64,000 bases of DNA from contig NC_068981.1 of assembly GCF_001194135.2 (NCBI RefSeq), positions 94,040,469 to 94,104,468 on the forward strand, given 5' to 3'. How positions within the stretch are numbered: the stretch's first letter is position 1; each line of letters opens with the position of its first letter. Under the pieces are notes generated by a model. The model was not told where the DNA came from. It did not search any database and was given only the letters and a program-made list of their open reading frames with translations. Made by a program: the position numbers and the translations under genes. Shown here piece by piece: positions 25,200-37,224 of this stretch. This DNA comes from Octopus bimaculoides. Taxonomy: Eukaryota.

Positions 25200-26710
25200 A
25201 CGGTGGGAGTAACTGTGTCTCTCTCTACTAATCATGACCTTTTTGCTGCAGATTGTGCACCCAGTAGTCCATATTCTTTGTGGCTTCAATTTAGGAATGA
25301 CCTATCCAAGGACTTTAGGCAAGCCACTCAGCTTCGATTCCCTACTTTAAACATAGGTTTCACCAATACAATATACAACCTAGCGCTGATTGAGATTGAA
25401 AAGAAGACTTTAGCTTTAGGTAGTGATGAAATGACTACTTACAGGCTTCCCCCCGCCGCAAAGCCTACCTCAAATGATCTCCCTTCTGAGATTGTTTGGG
25501 AAAGATCTTACGACATTACTAAACTGTCCACATATGTACAGATCAATGTGGCACTGCTGCTACCTGACCAGAAGCACACCTATGACATTGCCGTCCAGCA
25601 AGTCCAGGGTCATAAACGTGGCGTTTTCTTCCTTAACACTCCTGGCGGGACAGGCAAAAACTTTCGTAACTAGACTCATTCTTGCAAAAGTAAGGCTACA
25701 AAAGTGCATCGCAATAGCTGTGGCAACTTCGGGCATAGCTGCTACTCTGCTCCCTGGTGGTAGGACTACACACTCTACATTTAAGCTTCTCCTTAACCTC
25801 ACAAGTTCACCAACACCTGTTTGCACCATTTCAAAGACGTTGGACAACGAGCAATTGCTCGCACAATACTGCTTGGATATTCTTATGTCCTGATTGTTTG
25901 GGATGAATGCACAATGGCTCACAAGGGTAACCTTGAAGCATCAGATAGAATTTTGCGAGACATAAAGAAAAGCCACGAACTGATGAAGTGTGGGGGGGGG
26001 GAGTCACTGTTTTGCTATCTGGGGACTTCAGACAAACCTTGCCAGTGATTCCGAAAGGCACAAGAGCAGATGAAGTAATGGCATGTCTTAAGTCTTCACT
26101 TCTATGGGGTCATGTTGTTATTTTAAAGTTAGAATCGAACATGAAAGCGCACCTCCATGAGAACCCACTGTCAGAAGATTTTACTTACTGTGTTTGCCTG
26201 GGGATGTGACAGTCTATAAGTCAGTAGACACCATTCCCAATCAGGATGAGGTAGTTGATTATCCCACTCGAATTTTGGATTCCTTGGAGCCTTCAGGTGT
26301 ACCTCCACATATTCTTACTCTTAAAGTGGGTAGCCATGTTATGCTGATAAAGAATTTATATCCACCAACGTTCTTATCACAAAATTACTTCCCAATGTCA
26401 TTGAAGCAACGATTATGACTGTCTGTGGTAAAGGTCAAGACGTCTTCATACCGTAAATTCCCCTTGTGCCTTCGGCAGCTGACTTACCATTCACATTCCA
26501 TAGAGTGCAATTTCCAATTAGACCCAGTTACACCATGTCATTAATAAGTCCCAGGGGCAGTCGCTGTCTGTCGGACTTTACTTAGTCGTACCATGCTTTT
26601 CACACGGTCAACTGTACATTGGCTGCTCAAGAGTGGGTTGTAGGAACAGTTTACATGCCTTTATCCCCCAGGGGAAAACTAAAAATGTTGTTTATAAGGA
26701 AGTTTTGTAG
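25200..26710 (+). pseudogene. Frameshifted Helitron PIF1-family helicase (C-terminal part of RepHel)
   Basis: FFLNTPGGTGK(TF), AVATSGIAATLLPGGRTTHSTFKL, IVWDECTMAH, LLSGDFRQTLPVIPKG, SQGQSL...FSHGQLYIGCSRV...TKNVVYKEVL*. Multiple frameshifts. No Rep/HUH domain seen. Confidence 0.9.
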
Positions 26711-26869
26711 ACTTGTCATATTGGCGCCATGTTTCAGCCCTATGTTATTGCTGTTATAATTTTTGTTACTTTATTTTTTCACTTGATTGTTGTCGTAATA
26801 TTACATGTGTGGTTCCCTTATAGAGTTACTTAGGTGTTAGTCTTGCCATAAAGCGTGATAGGTGTTTAA

Positions 26870-27090
26870 CCCTTTCGTTACTGTATTTATTTTGAGATGC
26901 TCCATGTTTCTTTCAATTACTTTAAATATAACAAAGAATTTAGTAAAATAACTCAGTTATCATGAAGCTAGTGTTAAGAACTTAAATTGTGACTAAGGCT
27001 GGGTGGAAGATTTTAATTTAGAACTTATGAAAACAAGACATTTGTACTACAGAGCCAGAGCCGGTTTCAGCCGGGTTGGTAACGAAAGGG
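26870..27090. mobile_element. TTAA (piggyBac-type) MITE, family B, nested in the Helitron
   Basis: TTAA|CCCTTTCGTTAC...GTAACGAAAGGG|TTAA; perfect 12-bp TIR. Confidence 0.9.
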
Positions 27091-28038
27091 TTAAGGGAAG
27101 GAGGTATTAATTGGTTTATTAGTTTCAAAGCCTTTTCCAACTAACGAACACGGGCAACGCCGGGTACACCTGTTAGTCCTCATTAATACTGCTTGGATAT
27201 TCTTATGTCCTGCAACTTAGCAGTGTAAATGTGAAGACCAGAAAAATAAAGTACTAGAAAACAAATAAGGGTTGGGATTGGAAAGAGTTGCTGAAGAATA
27301 ACCACCCAAGAAATCTTGTTCAACCCATGTCAGCATGGGAAAAGTGAATGTAATATGACAATGACATATGTATACACCCATAAATATATGCATGCTTCTG
27401 TCTTTTGTGTCTCTCAGTGAAGGATGAAAATAAGCATACCAATAAAACCAGTACTTTTGAACAAAGTTCCTTGAGATATTTATTCTACACAAGTCACAGG
27501 TACCATGAAAAATGCAGTGAAATAGTAATAGGTCAAACACTACAATAATACTATGGGTCAACGACTACGCGTAATCACGGAGATGTGAATTCGTGTCCCA
27601 CAGCTAACCACCTACACTTTTTTCTGCAAAATAGGGGTAGTTTATCCTGTTCAGGCTACATTATTAGCATTATCCTGCGTTTGAGAATTTAAAATCACTT
27701 CTTTAACTTTCTAAGACATCTCANNNNNNNNNNNNNNNNNNNNNNNNNNNNNNNNNNNNNNNNNNNNNNNNNNNNNNNNNNNNNNNNNNNNNNNNNNNNN
27801 NNNNNNNNNNNNNNNNNNNNNNNNNNNNNNNNNNNNNNNNNNNNNNNNNNNNNNNNNNNNNNNNNNNNNNNNNNNNNNNNNNNNNNNNNNNNNNNNNNNN
27901 NNNNNNNNNNNNNNNNNNNNNNNNNNNNNNNNNNNNNNNNNNNNNNNNNNNNNNNNNNGTGATACTAAAGTCAAGCAACCTAAATACAGGGAAGGAGGTG
28001 ACTTATCAATGTCTACTTTTAAACAGTTGGTTATTTAA

Positions 28039-28625
28039 CTCCTTAGCATTTAAACTGGCCATGTCTTGCCCTAGTGGAGACGCAATGGCCCAGTGGTTAG
28101 GGCAGTGGACTCGCAGTCATAAGATCACGGTTTTGATTCCCAGACCAGGCGTTGTGAGTGTTTATTGAGCGAAAACGCCTAAAGCTCCATGAGGCTCCAG
28201 CAGGGGATGGTGGCGAACCCTGCTGTACTCTTTCACCACAACTTTCTCTCACTAAGGGCCAGCCTTGTCACACTGTGCCACGTTGAATTTCCCCGAGAAC
28301 TACATTAAGGGTACACATGTCTGTGGAGTGCTCAGCCACTTGCATGTTAATTTCACGAGCAGGCTGTTCCGTTGATCAGATCAACTGGAACCCTCGACGT
28401 CGTAAGCGACGGAGTGTCAACAACAACATGTCTTGCCCTAATATTCTATTTGTTTTATGTTCAAACTGGCTATATCCAGCCTCTCACACCTACCCTACAA
28501 TGTTATTCTGAAAATAAAAACTCACATCATTGGAATTTCAAAGCCACAAGATAATGCAGGATTAATTTGAAACAATATGAATAAATAAACATTACATTTG
28601 ACAGAGTAATCTGAATACTAAAGAG
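28039..28625. mobile_element. TTAA MITE family A, interrupted by a SINE
   Basis: TTAA|CTCCTTAGCATTTAAACTGGCC...GAGTAATCTGAATACTAAAGAG. The two halves rejoin after the SINE is removed. Confidence 0.8.
28074..28426 (+). mobile_element. Full-length tRNA-derived SINE with a 14-bp TSD
   Basis: TSD CATGTCTTGCCCTA at 28060-28073 and 28427-28440; (CAA)n tail. Confidence 0.92.
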
Positions 28626-29568
28626 CTAAATAACTTAGGTAACTGATTAATAGTTTTCAAGAGCTTAAATCAAAAATAACAAACAACTGTTAAAATTCTC
28701 CACCCATGGTCACCGCTCACTGCATTCCCCTCCCCTCTATCTTCCCGTTTCCTAACTGACCTACACACAATCTGTCCCCGACGAATCTTTCCCTCCCCAC
28801 AACATATCTTCCTAACACCCTCTCCTGTGTTCACTTACTGTATTGCTCTCCCCTCTGCCTCTCACTCTTCTTTCACATTCATGTGAACTTACCTGCCCAC
28901 TCACTCTATCCAATCCTCTTTACCCCTTCACTTGTATACACCTCCCGGTAACTTGAGGATATCCGCTGGCACGTCTCCATCTTTACTCTCCTTTTCCAAA
29001 TGGAGTAGCTCTGTGTCTCCTATACTGCAAGACAACCTGTTTTTGTCCCTCTATCATACTCTAATCTCTCACCATTTGACACAAAGCGTTTTCTCCCTCA
29101 ACACTAATCCCTGCTCAGTTGATTGATGGGTCCTTGTTTTGCAAGTTATTTGGTGACCTCACTGGTGTGTCACATAAAAAGCACCCAATACATCCTGTAA
29201 AGTGGTTGATATTAGGAAGGGCATCTAGCTGTAGAAACCATGTCAAAGCAGACAGTATAATTTGGCACAGTAGAGCTTTTGTCAAACAGTCCCACCTAAG
29301 CCGACATAGAAAACAGATGTTAAATGATGATGGTAATGATAACAGAGTGTGGTTGTTAAGTGCAAATAGATTAATTATAAATGGCAGGTTATACTGAAAT
29401 CATCTTGTTTGAAGGAATAAAATAATGAAATGAAAAATAAAGTTAAAAAAATGTACAAAAACAAGAGAAAGACATATTTTGATATAAAAGAATTTTTGAT
29501 TATTAAATCCAACATATACTTTTAGTTAATTGGGTTTAAGAGTTACTTGCTCTTGAAATCTGTTTTAA

Positions 29569-30581
29569 CCCTTTAGCATTTAAACTGGCCATATCTGGCC
29601 AAAATATACTTATTTTATGTTTAAACTGGCCAGATCCTGCCTCTCAAACCTACCCTAAAATTTCATTCTAAAAATATACAATCATACCATCAAAATTTCA
29701 AAGCTATAAGATAATGCAGGATTAATTCAAAACAATGTAAATAAATAAACATTACATTTGACAGAGTAATCATCATCATCATCGTTTAACGTCCGCTTTC
29801 CATGCTAGCATGGGTTGGACGATTTGACTGAGGACTGGTGAAACCGGATGGCAACACCAGGCTCCAGTCTAATTTGGCAGAGTTTCTACAGCTGGATGCC
29901 CTTCCTAACGCCAACCACTCAGAGAGTGTAGTGGGTGCTTTTACGTATCACCCGCACGAAAACNNNNNNNNNNNNNNNNNNNNNNNNNNNNNNNNNNNNN
30001 NNNNNNNNNNNNNNNNNNNNNNNNNNNNNNNNNNNNNNNNNNNNNNNNNNNNNNNNNNNNNNNNNNNNNNNNNNNNNNNNNNNNNNNNNNNNNNNNNNNN
30101 NNNNNNNNNNNNNNNNNNNNNNNNNNNNNNNNNNNNNNNNNNNNNNNNNNNNNNNNNNNNNNNNNNNNNNNNNNNNNNNNNNNNNNNNNNNNNNNNNNNN
30201 NNNNNNNNNNNNNNNNNNNNNNNNNNNNNNNACGATCTTACTTGGCTTGCCGGGTCTTCTCGCGCACAGCACATTTCCAAAGGTCTCGGTCAGTAGTCAT
30301 CGCCTCGGTGAGGCCCAATGTACGAAGGTCTTGCCTCACCACCTCAGCCTACCTCTTCCACGGGTTCCCTCAACTGTTAGGGTGTGGCACTTTTTCACGC
30401 AGCTATCCTCATCCATTCTCACCACATGTCCATACCAGCGCAATCGTCTCTCTTGCACGCCACAACTGATGCTTCTAATGTTCAGATTTTCTCTCAAGAT
30501 ACTTACACTCTGATGGGTATTCACATTGACATTACACATCCAACGGAGCATACTGGCTTCAGTAATCTGAATGCTAAAGGG
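29569..30581. mobile_element. TTAA MITE family A, interrupted by an RTE insertion
   Basis: TTAA|CCCTTTAGCATTTAAAC...CTGAATGCTAAAGGG|TTAA. Confidence 0.85.
29772..30560 (-). mobile_element. 5'-truncated RTE LINE (end of ORF2 plus 3' UTR) spanning an N-gap
   Basis: MLRWMCNV...VQERRLRWYGHVVRMDEDSCVKKC...EGTRGRGR...DRDLWKCAVREKTRQAK*, then a 3' tail ending in (GAT)n. AGTAATC is duplicated at 29765-29771 and 30561-30567. Confidence 0.85.
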
Positions 30582-31037
30582 TTAAACTCTACCCATTGTC
30601 AATTAACAACATTAATATGTAAAAATTAATCAAATGATGCAGTCCTAAATGTATGAAATGCCTTACTACTAGTTTATTAGAAAATTTTAAACTTTAGACT
30701 TTCAAAATAATATAACAACCTAAATTTAATCAGTGATTCACAACACTACTTTCTAATCATGAAAAAATATATTAACAGTGTGTCCACTCTCAACCTTGCA
30801 AAATATATTTAAAAAATAAAAGGAACTCATAGACTGGCAAATAAAATTGGTTGTGCAACATACGTTTCATCATCATTAATACCACTCCTATTATACAATG
30901 AGAACAGCTATAAGTGATAGTGATTACAAGCATTATTAGTCACGTAGGAATCTGTAGCAGGTGCTGACTTAAAATAGATAGAAAAGATTCTTATTTCTAA
31001 GAGAAGATTTGAAAATAATGAAAAATTCAAGTGTTAC

Positions 31038-32137
31038 CTATGGTCAGGTGACAAACACATGCCAATAATATGGCCATCAAGTTCGATAAGATGATCGACT
31101 TCGTCAAACTTGTGAGGGGATCCTGGTTGATTGTCTTCCACGTTTGGGAGCAACCTTACACCATCTTCAGACTCTTCCACATTTTCATAATGTACAGCTT
31201 CAAGAGAATGAATTTTTTTAATACCAATCTGATGAGGTGTGTAAGTTTTAGAACCCGTTGTAAAAATAAGGTATTTGTCATGAACTTTTGAGTTTTCCTT
31301 TGAGTCACTAGCCTTCTTAGATATTTCTTCTATATCTTTCAGTGAAGTTGTAGCAGATGAAAACCTTAAATTCTTGCGGATATTTGTATTTCTTTTGGGA
31401 ATCCATACTCCAGCAGAACAGCTTCTTGGATCTCGAACACAACCAGGCATAGAACATTTATCTGAATCTTTATCGTTATTTAATTTTTCTTCAAGAGGTT
31501 TAGATTCAAATAATTCATTGTTTGTACTGCTGTTGCAGCGATTACTGTTGCTTAAAGAAGCTCCAGAACAGTCAGACATACATAAACATTCTTCAGAATC
31601 AGAAGAATTCATTACTAATGTATCAGAAATATCAGAGTCTAAATCATCAAATCTTGTGGCTTCTGTATTTTGGTAATCTTCACTAGAATCAATTGTATTT
31701 TTATCCTCAACGTCATCATTAGAAACTGCCAGCATATGATTCTGAAGTTTTCTATTTTGAATTAAATTAATACATTGAAGATTCTTGCAGCTACGTTTAG
31801 TTTGCTCACCATTTGTACATGTGGCCTTCTGTTGAGATATTTTATCAGCTCGTCTTTTATTGCAATTAGGACAATTAGAAACCCTTGTACATGATGAGAC
31901 CCGTAAAGGAACAGAGTTTTTAGGATTTTTACCACTCAAATCAACATCTTTTTCACTAAAAGCTTCTGCTTGATCGTCTGTACTGTTATTTGCAGTTAAA
32001 TCTTCACTAGAATGACTTTCATCCTCTGTCATACAGTTTGCAATCATAATAGCTCGAATAGAACTAGCATTTATATTTTTGAAACGGTACATCAGCATCA
32101 CAACAGACTCGTGTTCAGAGTCAGTTGCTTGAAATGC
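31038..32137 (-). CDS. FBXW5: FBXW5 coding exon 4 (1100 nt, includes the large insertion)
   Basis: gttacag| AFQATDSEHESVVMLMYRFKNINASSIRAIMIANC...KYLIFTTGSKTYTPHQIGIKK...DEVDHLIELDGHIIGMCLSPDH(R) |gtaac. Phase 0/2. Confidence 0.95.
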
Positions 32138-32989
32138 CTGTAACAAGAAAACATATTACTTAGAGAATAACGGTTATAGAAAAAGATAATGATCTAATAT
32201 TGCATAGGCCACATCAATTACATATATATATTCGCTTAGATGTAAATAAGAGTTTAATTACAGAGATGTCTAATCAATAAAATTAAATTTTTAGCTTCAT
32301 GCAAAAATCATGACACTTGTAAAAAAAAAAACACTAACTTAAAGTAACCTAAAGTGAGTCCTACTTCACAGACAAAAAGTGGATCAGTTTATTTACAACT
32401 GTCTGCTCTTCTTATCAGCAGCTACTGAAATGAAAAATGGTCAGGTTTTTACCAAATATAAGGGAAGGAATAAAAACTAAGGTAGCCTGTTTTCTGCAAC
32501 CCAGCCTGGCAAAATGATATGCACAAGAGTGATATATTTAAATTAGCCACAAGTTTTACCTTATTAAATAAATCTCCATTTTATCCAAAATAGCTTCAAA
32601 ATTAGCCAGACAACCAAGTGATTTGAAAACATATTAAAATATGTTAGTCTTAACATATTTAATGCATGCAACATTGAAAAACTAACTATAAACACATATG
32701 CAGTGAGAAAAAGAAATTATATTAGTCTAGAACTAATATTTTATCATTTTAAGGCTAAACATTGTAGACATCATCTTTCAATCTTATTCTGGTTGTATCC
32801 TACTTTACATTCAAGGTGAAATTTTACTTGACAAGCAAAGTAGGGTGCAACCAAATTGTGTCATATCTAAGTCATTACAATATCAAATACAATCCACCTT
32901 TTGCATGAGATAACTGCAACAAATGAATCACAAAGTAAATATACAAGATTGTTCTTGTATTGTTCTTCAGTTTGTTTTAAAACTAATAC

Positions 32990-33148
32990 TCTCAGAGTGG
33001 TTGGCGTTAGGAAGGGCATCCAGCTGTAGAAACTCTGCCAAATCAGATTGGAGCCTGGTGTCGCCTCCTGGTCCACCAATCCTCAGTCAAATCATCCAAC
33101 CCATGCTAGCATGGAAAGCGGACGTTAAACGACGATGATGATGATGAC
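32990..33148 (+). mobile_element. RTE 3' tail in FBXW5 intron 3
   Basis: ctcagagtggttggcgttaggaagggcatccagctg...gctagcatggaaagcggacgttaaacgacgatgatg; inverted relative to 29772-29963. Confidence 0.85.
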
Positions 33149-33578
33149 AGTTATGTGAAAAAGATATGGCTGCTATTTCTAGCACTGGCTCAAATATGTG
33201 AAAATGTTTTTTGAGCTTGCCCAGAAAATGGAAAAATAACATTAGTCATTGACACTAACTTTTTCTTCTCACTTAAAATTGTTTCTAATGCCCCCTGCAT
33301 TATACAAGTTAAACCTACCAATTGGTTTTCATGTAGTGTCTCTGAATTATATTATCTCTGAACATTTTGGAGATAAGTTACTTAGCTTTTTATTTTCCAA
33401 ATCTGACAATATATCCAGTAGCATGTCAAATCAAAACCATGGATAAGATGGATTTGTACATCTAAATGTTTCATTAGTACATTTACAAGAGAGATTAGTT
33501 CAACTAGAAGTAATCCACTAACTGCCATCTCTTAGTACTTGCTCTGTTAAACTAATGGCAACATTAATCAAAACTTAC

Positions 33579-33718
33579 TTTGTTCAGCCAGATATCACAA
33601 TAGGACTGTACAGGACCAAACCAGTGCAGATGACCAGAGAGTAAATAGCTTGAATTGTACCAAGTACCAAAAACATCATAAGGTTTATTCAAAACACGAC
33701 ACTGTAATTGAAATTCAT
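33579..33718 (-). CDS. FBXW5: FBXW5 coding exon 3
   Basis: Missed by the ORF track. tctttcag| (D)EFQLQCRVLNKPYDVFGTWYNSSYLLSGHLHWFGPVQSYCDIWLNK |gtaagt. 140 nt, phase 1/0. Matches FBXW5 RVRNKPYDVFGCW...LWLNN. Confidence 0.95.
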
Positions 33719-34261
33719 CTGAAAGACAGAGAAAGGGTAATATTTAATTACATGAAAAAATATGTTTTAAAACTTAAATCTAATAATATTATATTGATTT
33801 CAAGCCAAATTGGAGTACTTAACTTTAGATTTTCACGAGATATTATCAACCCTTGTACATATTTTATTGAATGGTTAAGACACCGTTTGACATAAGAGGA
33901 TGCAACTTAATTTACTGTTTTACATTAAATAAGACACATACACATTACAGGCTTCTACAGTTTTTGACTAACAACTCATACACTGAAAGCTAAGCTACAG
34001 TAAGTACCTAAGCTCCCTTATTTTTACCGCATAGTTTTATGTATTCAAAATCAGAACCAGACACAATTTCACTACTCTAAATACAATTTTATAATGATGA
34101 TTATGTAACAATATATGACCAGAGAAACCTTCCCTACTACCATCTTATCCAACATCATAAGTCAAACTATAGAGGTTTTCTGCATTCATTTTATGTCATT
34201 CATTTTTCCATTGCAATAATGGTTTTCATCCTCCAGCCATCCTTCAGATACAGTTAGGCTT

Positions 34262-34362
34262 TTATCTTTTACACATTTCAGTCATCAGACTGGCCATGCT
34301 GAGGCACTGCCTTGAAGAATTTTAGTCACACAGACACAAACACACACATATANNNNNNNNNN

Positions 34363-34416
<54 letters not shown>

Positions 34417-34584
34417 CATACATGATGGGCTTCTTTCAGTTTCTGACTACCAAATCCACTCACAAGATTTTGGTTGAACCAAAACTGTAGTAGAAGACAC
34501 TTGTCTAAGGTATCATGCAGTGGGACTGAACCTGGGACCATTTGGTTGGAAGGCAAACTTCTTACCACACAGCCATGCCTGCAC
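34262..34584 (-). mobile_element. Microsatellite-bearing SINE (family of 59812)
   Basis: Reverse complement of 59812-60226, with an N-gap in the internal microsatellite. Confidence 0.75.
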
Positions 34585-35014
34585 CTTTGTGCAATAAATA
34601 TAGAACATGAAATAAACATTACATATGAGAGGTGTAAACTTTCCCAGCTGACCAGTTTTAAATGTTACTATTTTCAAGTTATACTGTGTATAATTATTTG
34701 CTGAATCTAATAATCAATGAATCTCAAACTAGGGGCTGCTAAATCAAATTTGCAAACTTTCTGGAGTTACACATTCTTTCATAATTTAAAATTGCAGAAT
34801 AATAATTGAAATTATAAATTAGTCATAGTGTTTATGTGCAAGTCTCTGCAATTCTGGAAACATGTGGTTGATGGTTTTTGTCTGCAGATGACATGGTAAA
34901 TCAGAAGGTATATATTACAAGTTACTAGTACTTCAGCAGTTCTTGCATTATTATCTATTTAATGATTTTTTTTTTCTGTGGGCTGTAGGATTCATGTTTG
35001 TTACCATTTTTTAA

Positions 35015-35230
35015 CCCTTTAGCATTCAGATTTCTTTATCAAATATAATGCTTATTTATTCATATTGATTTGAATTAGTCATGCATTACCTTGTAGCTTT
35101 GAGATTTCAATGACATGATTATTTTTAGAATGACATTGTAGGGTAGGTGTAAGAGGCTGGATCTGGCCAATTTGAAGATAAAACAGATACATTATTCATG
35201 TTGAATATGGCCAGTTTATATGCTAAAGGG
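35015..35230. mobile_element. TTAA MITE family A, opposite orientation to 29569
   Basis: TTAA|CCCTTTAGCATTCAGA...ATGCTAAAGGG|TTAA. Confidence 0.85.
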
Positions 35231-35769
35231 TTAAACCAAAATGACCATCAAATTCAATCTTAAATATTTTTACTGCAAACTTTGTGAATATCAATACTAA
35301 GACATTCATCTGCAACAATTTTTAAAGTTTTGGCGGTTCAGATTTGAATTCAGGAATTTAAACTTGCATATGCTGTTTGCTGATTCACTTAAGGCATTAT
35401 TAATTACAATCTAACTTTGGTTAATTTCAAATAACACATTTTTAATAACTAATAATCATTATTTAAGATTGCTTCCTTTGACACCTGATTCCAGCTTATA
35501 TCCACTATGTATGAATCCTAAAATGTCTTAAAATGTAGTGATCTTCGTCTCTAAATAACAGCTTGATTGTATCAATTTTATCTTCTTCAAAAATTTTGCC
35601 CAGAACTAATGCATGCATGTGTAGATGCATGGCTAATCTTAACCAACAGAGGCTCTCTCCCTCTGTGTGTGTGTGTGTGTGTAATATATACACATACACA
35701 CGCACACACTGTAAATGCAATGAACAATAAAAAAAATGCTGATTTCATACACACACACATTTGTATGCA

Positions 35770-35800
<31 letters not shown>

Positions 35801-36084
35801 GTATATATATATATATATAGAGTTATTAATATTTCTAAGTCTCTCTTTCGTCCTAATTTTGGNNNNNNNNNNGAGTTATTAATATTTCTAAGTCTCTCTT
35901 TCGTCCTAATTTTGGGACTACCATGTTGGCTTGGCGATAACTATTAATATATATATATATATATATAAATGATAACCAATCTGAAATAATGTAAATATCT
36001 TACACAGAGATCAAAAATGATTATTAGAATGCTATTTAAATACTTTTCATTGGAAAAAGTTGGAAGTAATTTCCACTCACTCAC

Positions 36085-36259
36085 CAGTAAGGCTGAAAAC
36101 TGCTATCTCTCCAGAAGTGCTCATTTCACCAAAGTAAACTCCAGACACCAACAAAAGTGTATTCGTTTCATTAAACTGAGAAAACTGAGTGTACTTCCAG
36201 GTCAGGTTCTTCATGTTATATTTATATCTTAAAGTTACAGGATTGGAAGAATACCACAC
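36085..36259 (-). CDS. FBXW5: FBXW5 coding exon 2
   Basis: gttag| VWYSSNPVTLRYKYNMKNLTWKYTQFSQFNETNTLLLVSGVYFGEMSTSGEIAVFSLT(D) |gtgagt. 175 nt, phase 0/1. Matches FBXW5 WSYTQFSQFN...SGEIAV. Confidence 0.95.
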
Positions 36260-36927
36260 CTAACACATACAAAACATATATATCAATGGCTTAGAGGAGC
36301 ATGAGAAAAAGAAGAATTCATACTTATTATTGATGGAAATTATTACATTAATGATGATGAAGATAGGGAAACTAGTCTCAAAGTTTTAAGGAAGTCTATA
36401 AGATATGCGTCTTCAGACTACTTAGATCCATTGGGAGAGAGGTATAGGCTCAATACGACCTTGGAATAATTTGAGAATATCTATTTATAAGGATAAAATG
36501 ATGAGGAAAGGAAGGTATTCTATAAACATATGAGCAGAAATTAAACTTAGAAAGCATCACCACCCTTTCTTATTTATAACTAAAAATATAAATATTCATC
36601 TATTTCATTTGAAAATCTACAGAAGCCTATGGCAATATTGTCTTAGCTATTTCCTGAGCCACATAAGCCTTCTTTACTCTATACCTAGTTTAGTGCTTCA
36701 TTACTCTGAGTTCAAATAACATCAGGGTTGAGTTCAGTTCTTTAAAGTTAGCAACTAAAGTACCAATTGTATGCAGACAGATGTCTAATTAATCAATTGA
36801 CTGGACATAAAACGAATTATTTTTCCTAATAAAATTGGCCAGTCATACTGTGTGACAATTTTTGTCCTTGGGCAGTAGCTGTTATTTCCTATTTGCTTAC
36901 CTCTAGAAAGTATGGAAAAGGCTAATA

Positions 36928-37224
36928 TTTCCTTCAAACTTTGCTTTTGTTACATTTATTCAAACCTCCAAAGAATCCCTCTCAGCACTTAGCTATGATG
37001 CTCAACCACTACTCCTGCTCATCATATTGTCAGGCACTAAGGCACATGCTCAAGTAGTTAAGGTCAAGCAACTGATAAGCAAATATGTGGCATTGAGCAG
37101 AATATTTGCTATAATGATATTTCTGCTACAGCAATTCAGTACTGAATCTGTCTGAAATGTAATGGAAAATAGGTCAGTTTCAAGACACTGATGTCCAGGT
37201 CACAAAAGCAAAGTTTGAAGGGAA
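36928..37224. mobile_element. TA-flanked MITE
   Basis: TA|TTTCCTTCAAACTTTGCTTTTGT...ACAAAAGCAAAGTTTGAAGGGAA|TA. Confidence 0.75.

Larger units (their letters stand above)
24656..27176 (+). mobile_element. Internally deleted Helitron retaining both termini and a PIF1-type helicase remnant, in FBXW5 intron 4 (antisense)
   Basis: 5' end A|TCTTACATATTAAAACTGAAAA followed by (TG)n. 3' end GGGCAACGCCGGGTACACCTGTTAG|T. A/T target with no TSD. Helicase motifs inside. Confidence 0.85.

Noticed and set aside
31070-31676. Plus-strand ORFs 31070-31291 and 31374-31676
   Set aside because: They are antisense shadows of FBXW5 exon 4, with no independent signals.
35821-35912. Direct repeat agttattaatatttctaagtctctctttcgtcctaattttgg on both sides of a 10-N gap
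   Set aside because: Most likely an unmerged contig overlap, not a biological duplication.
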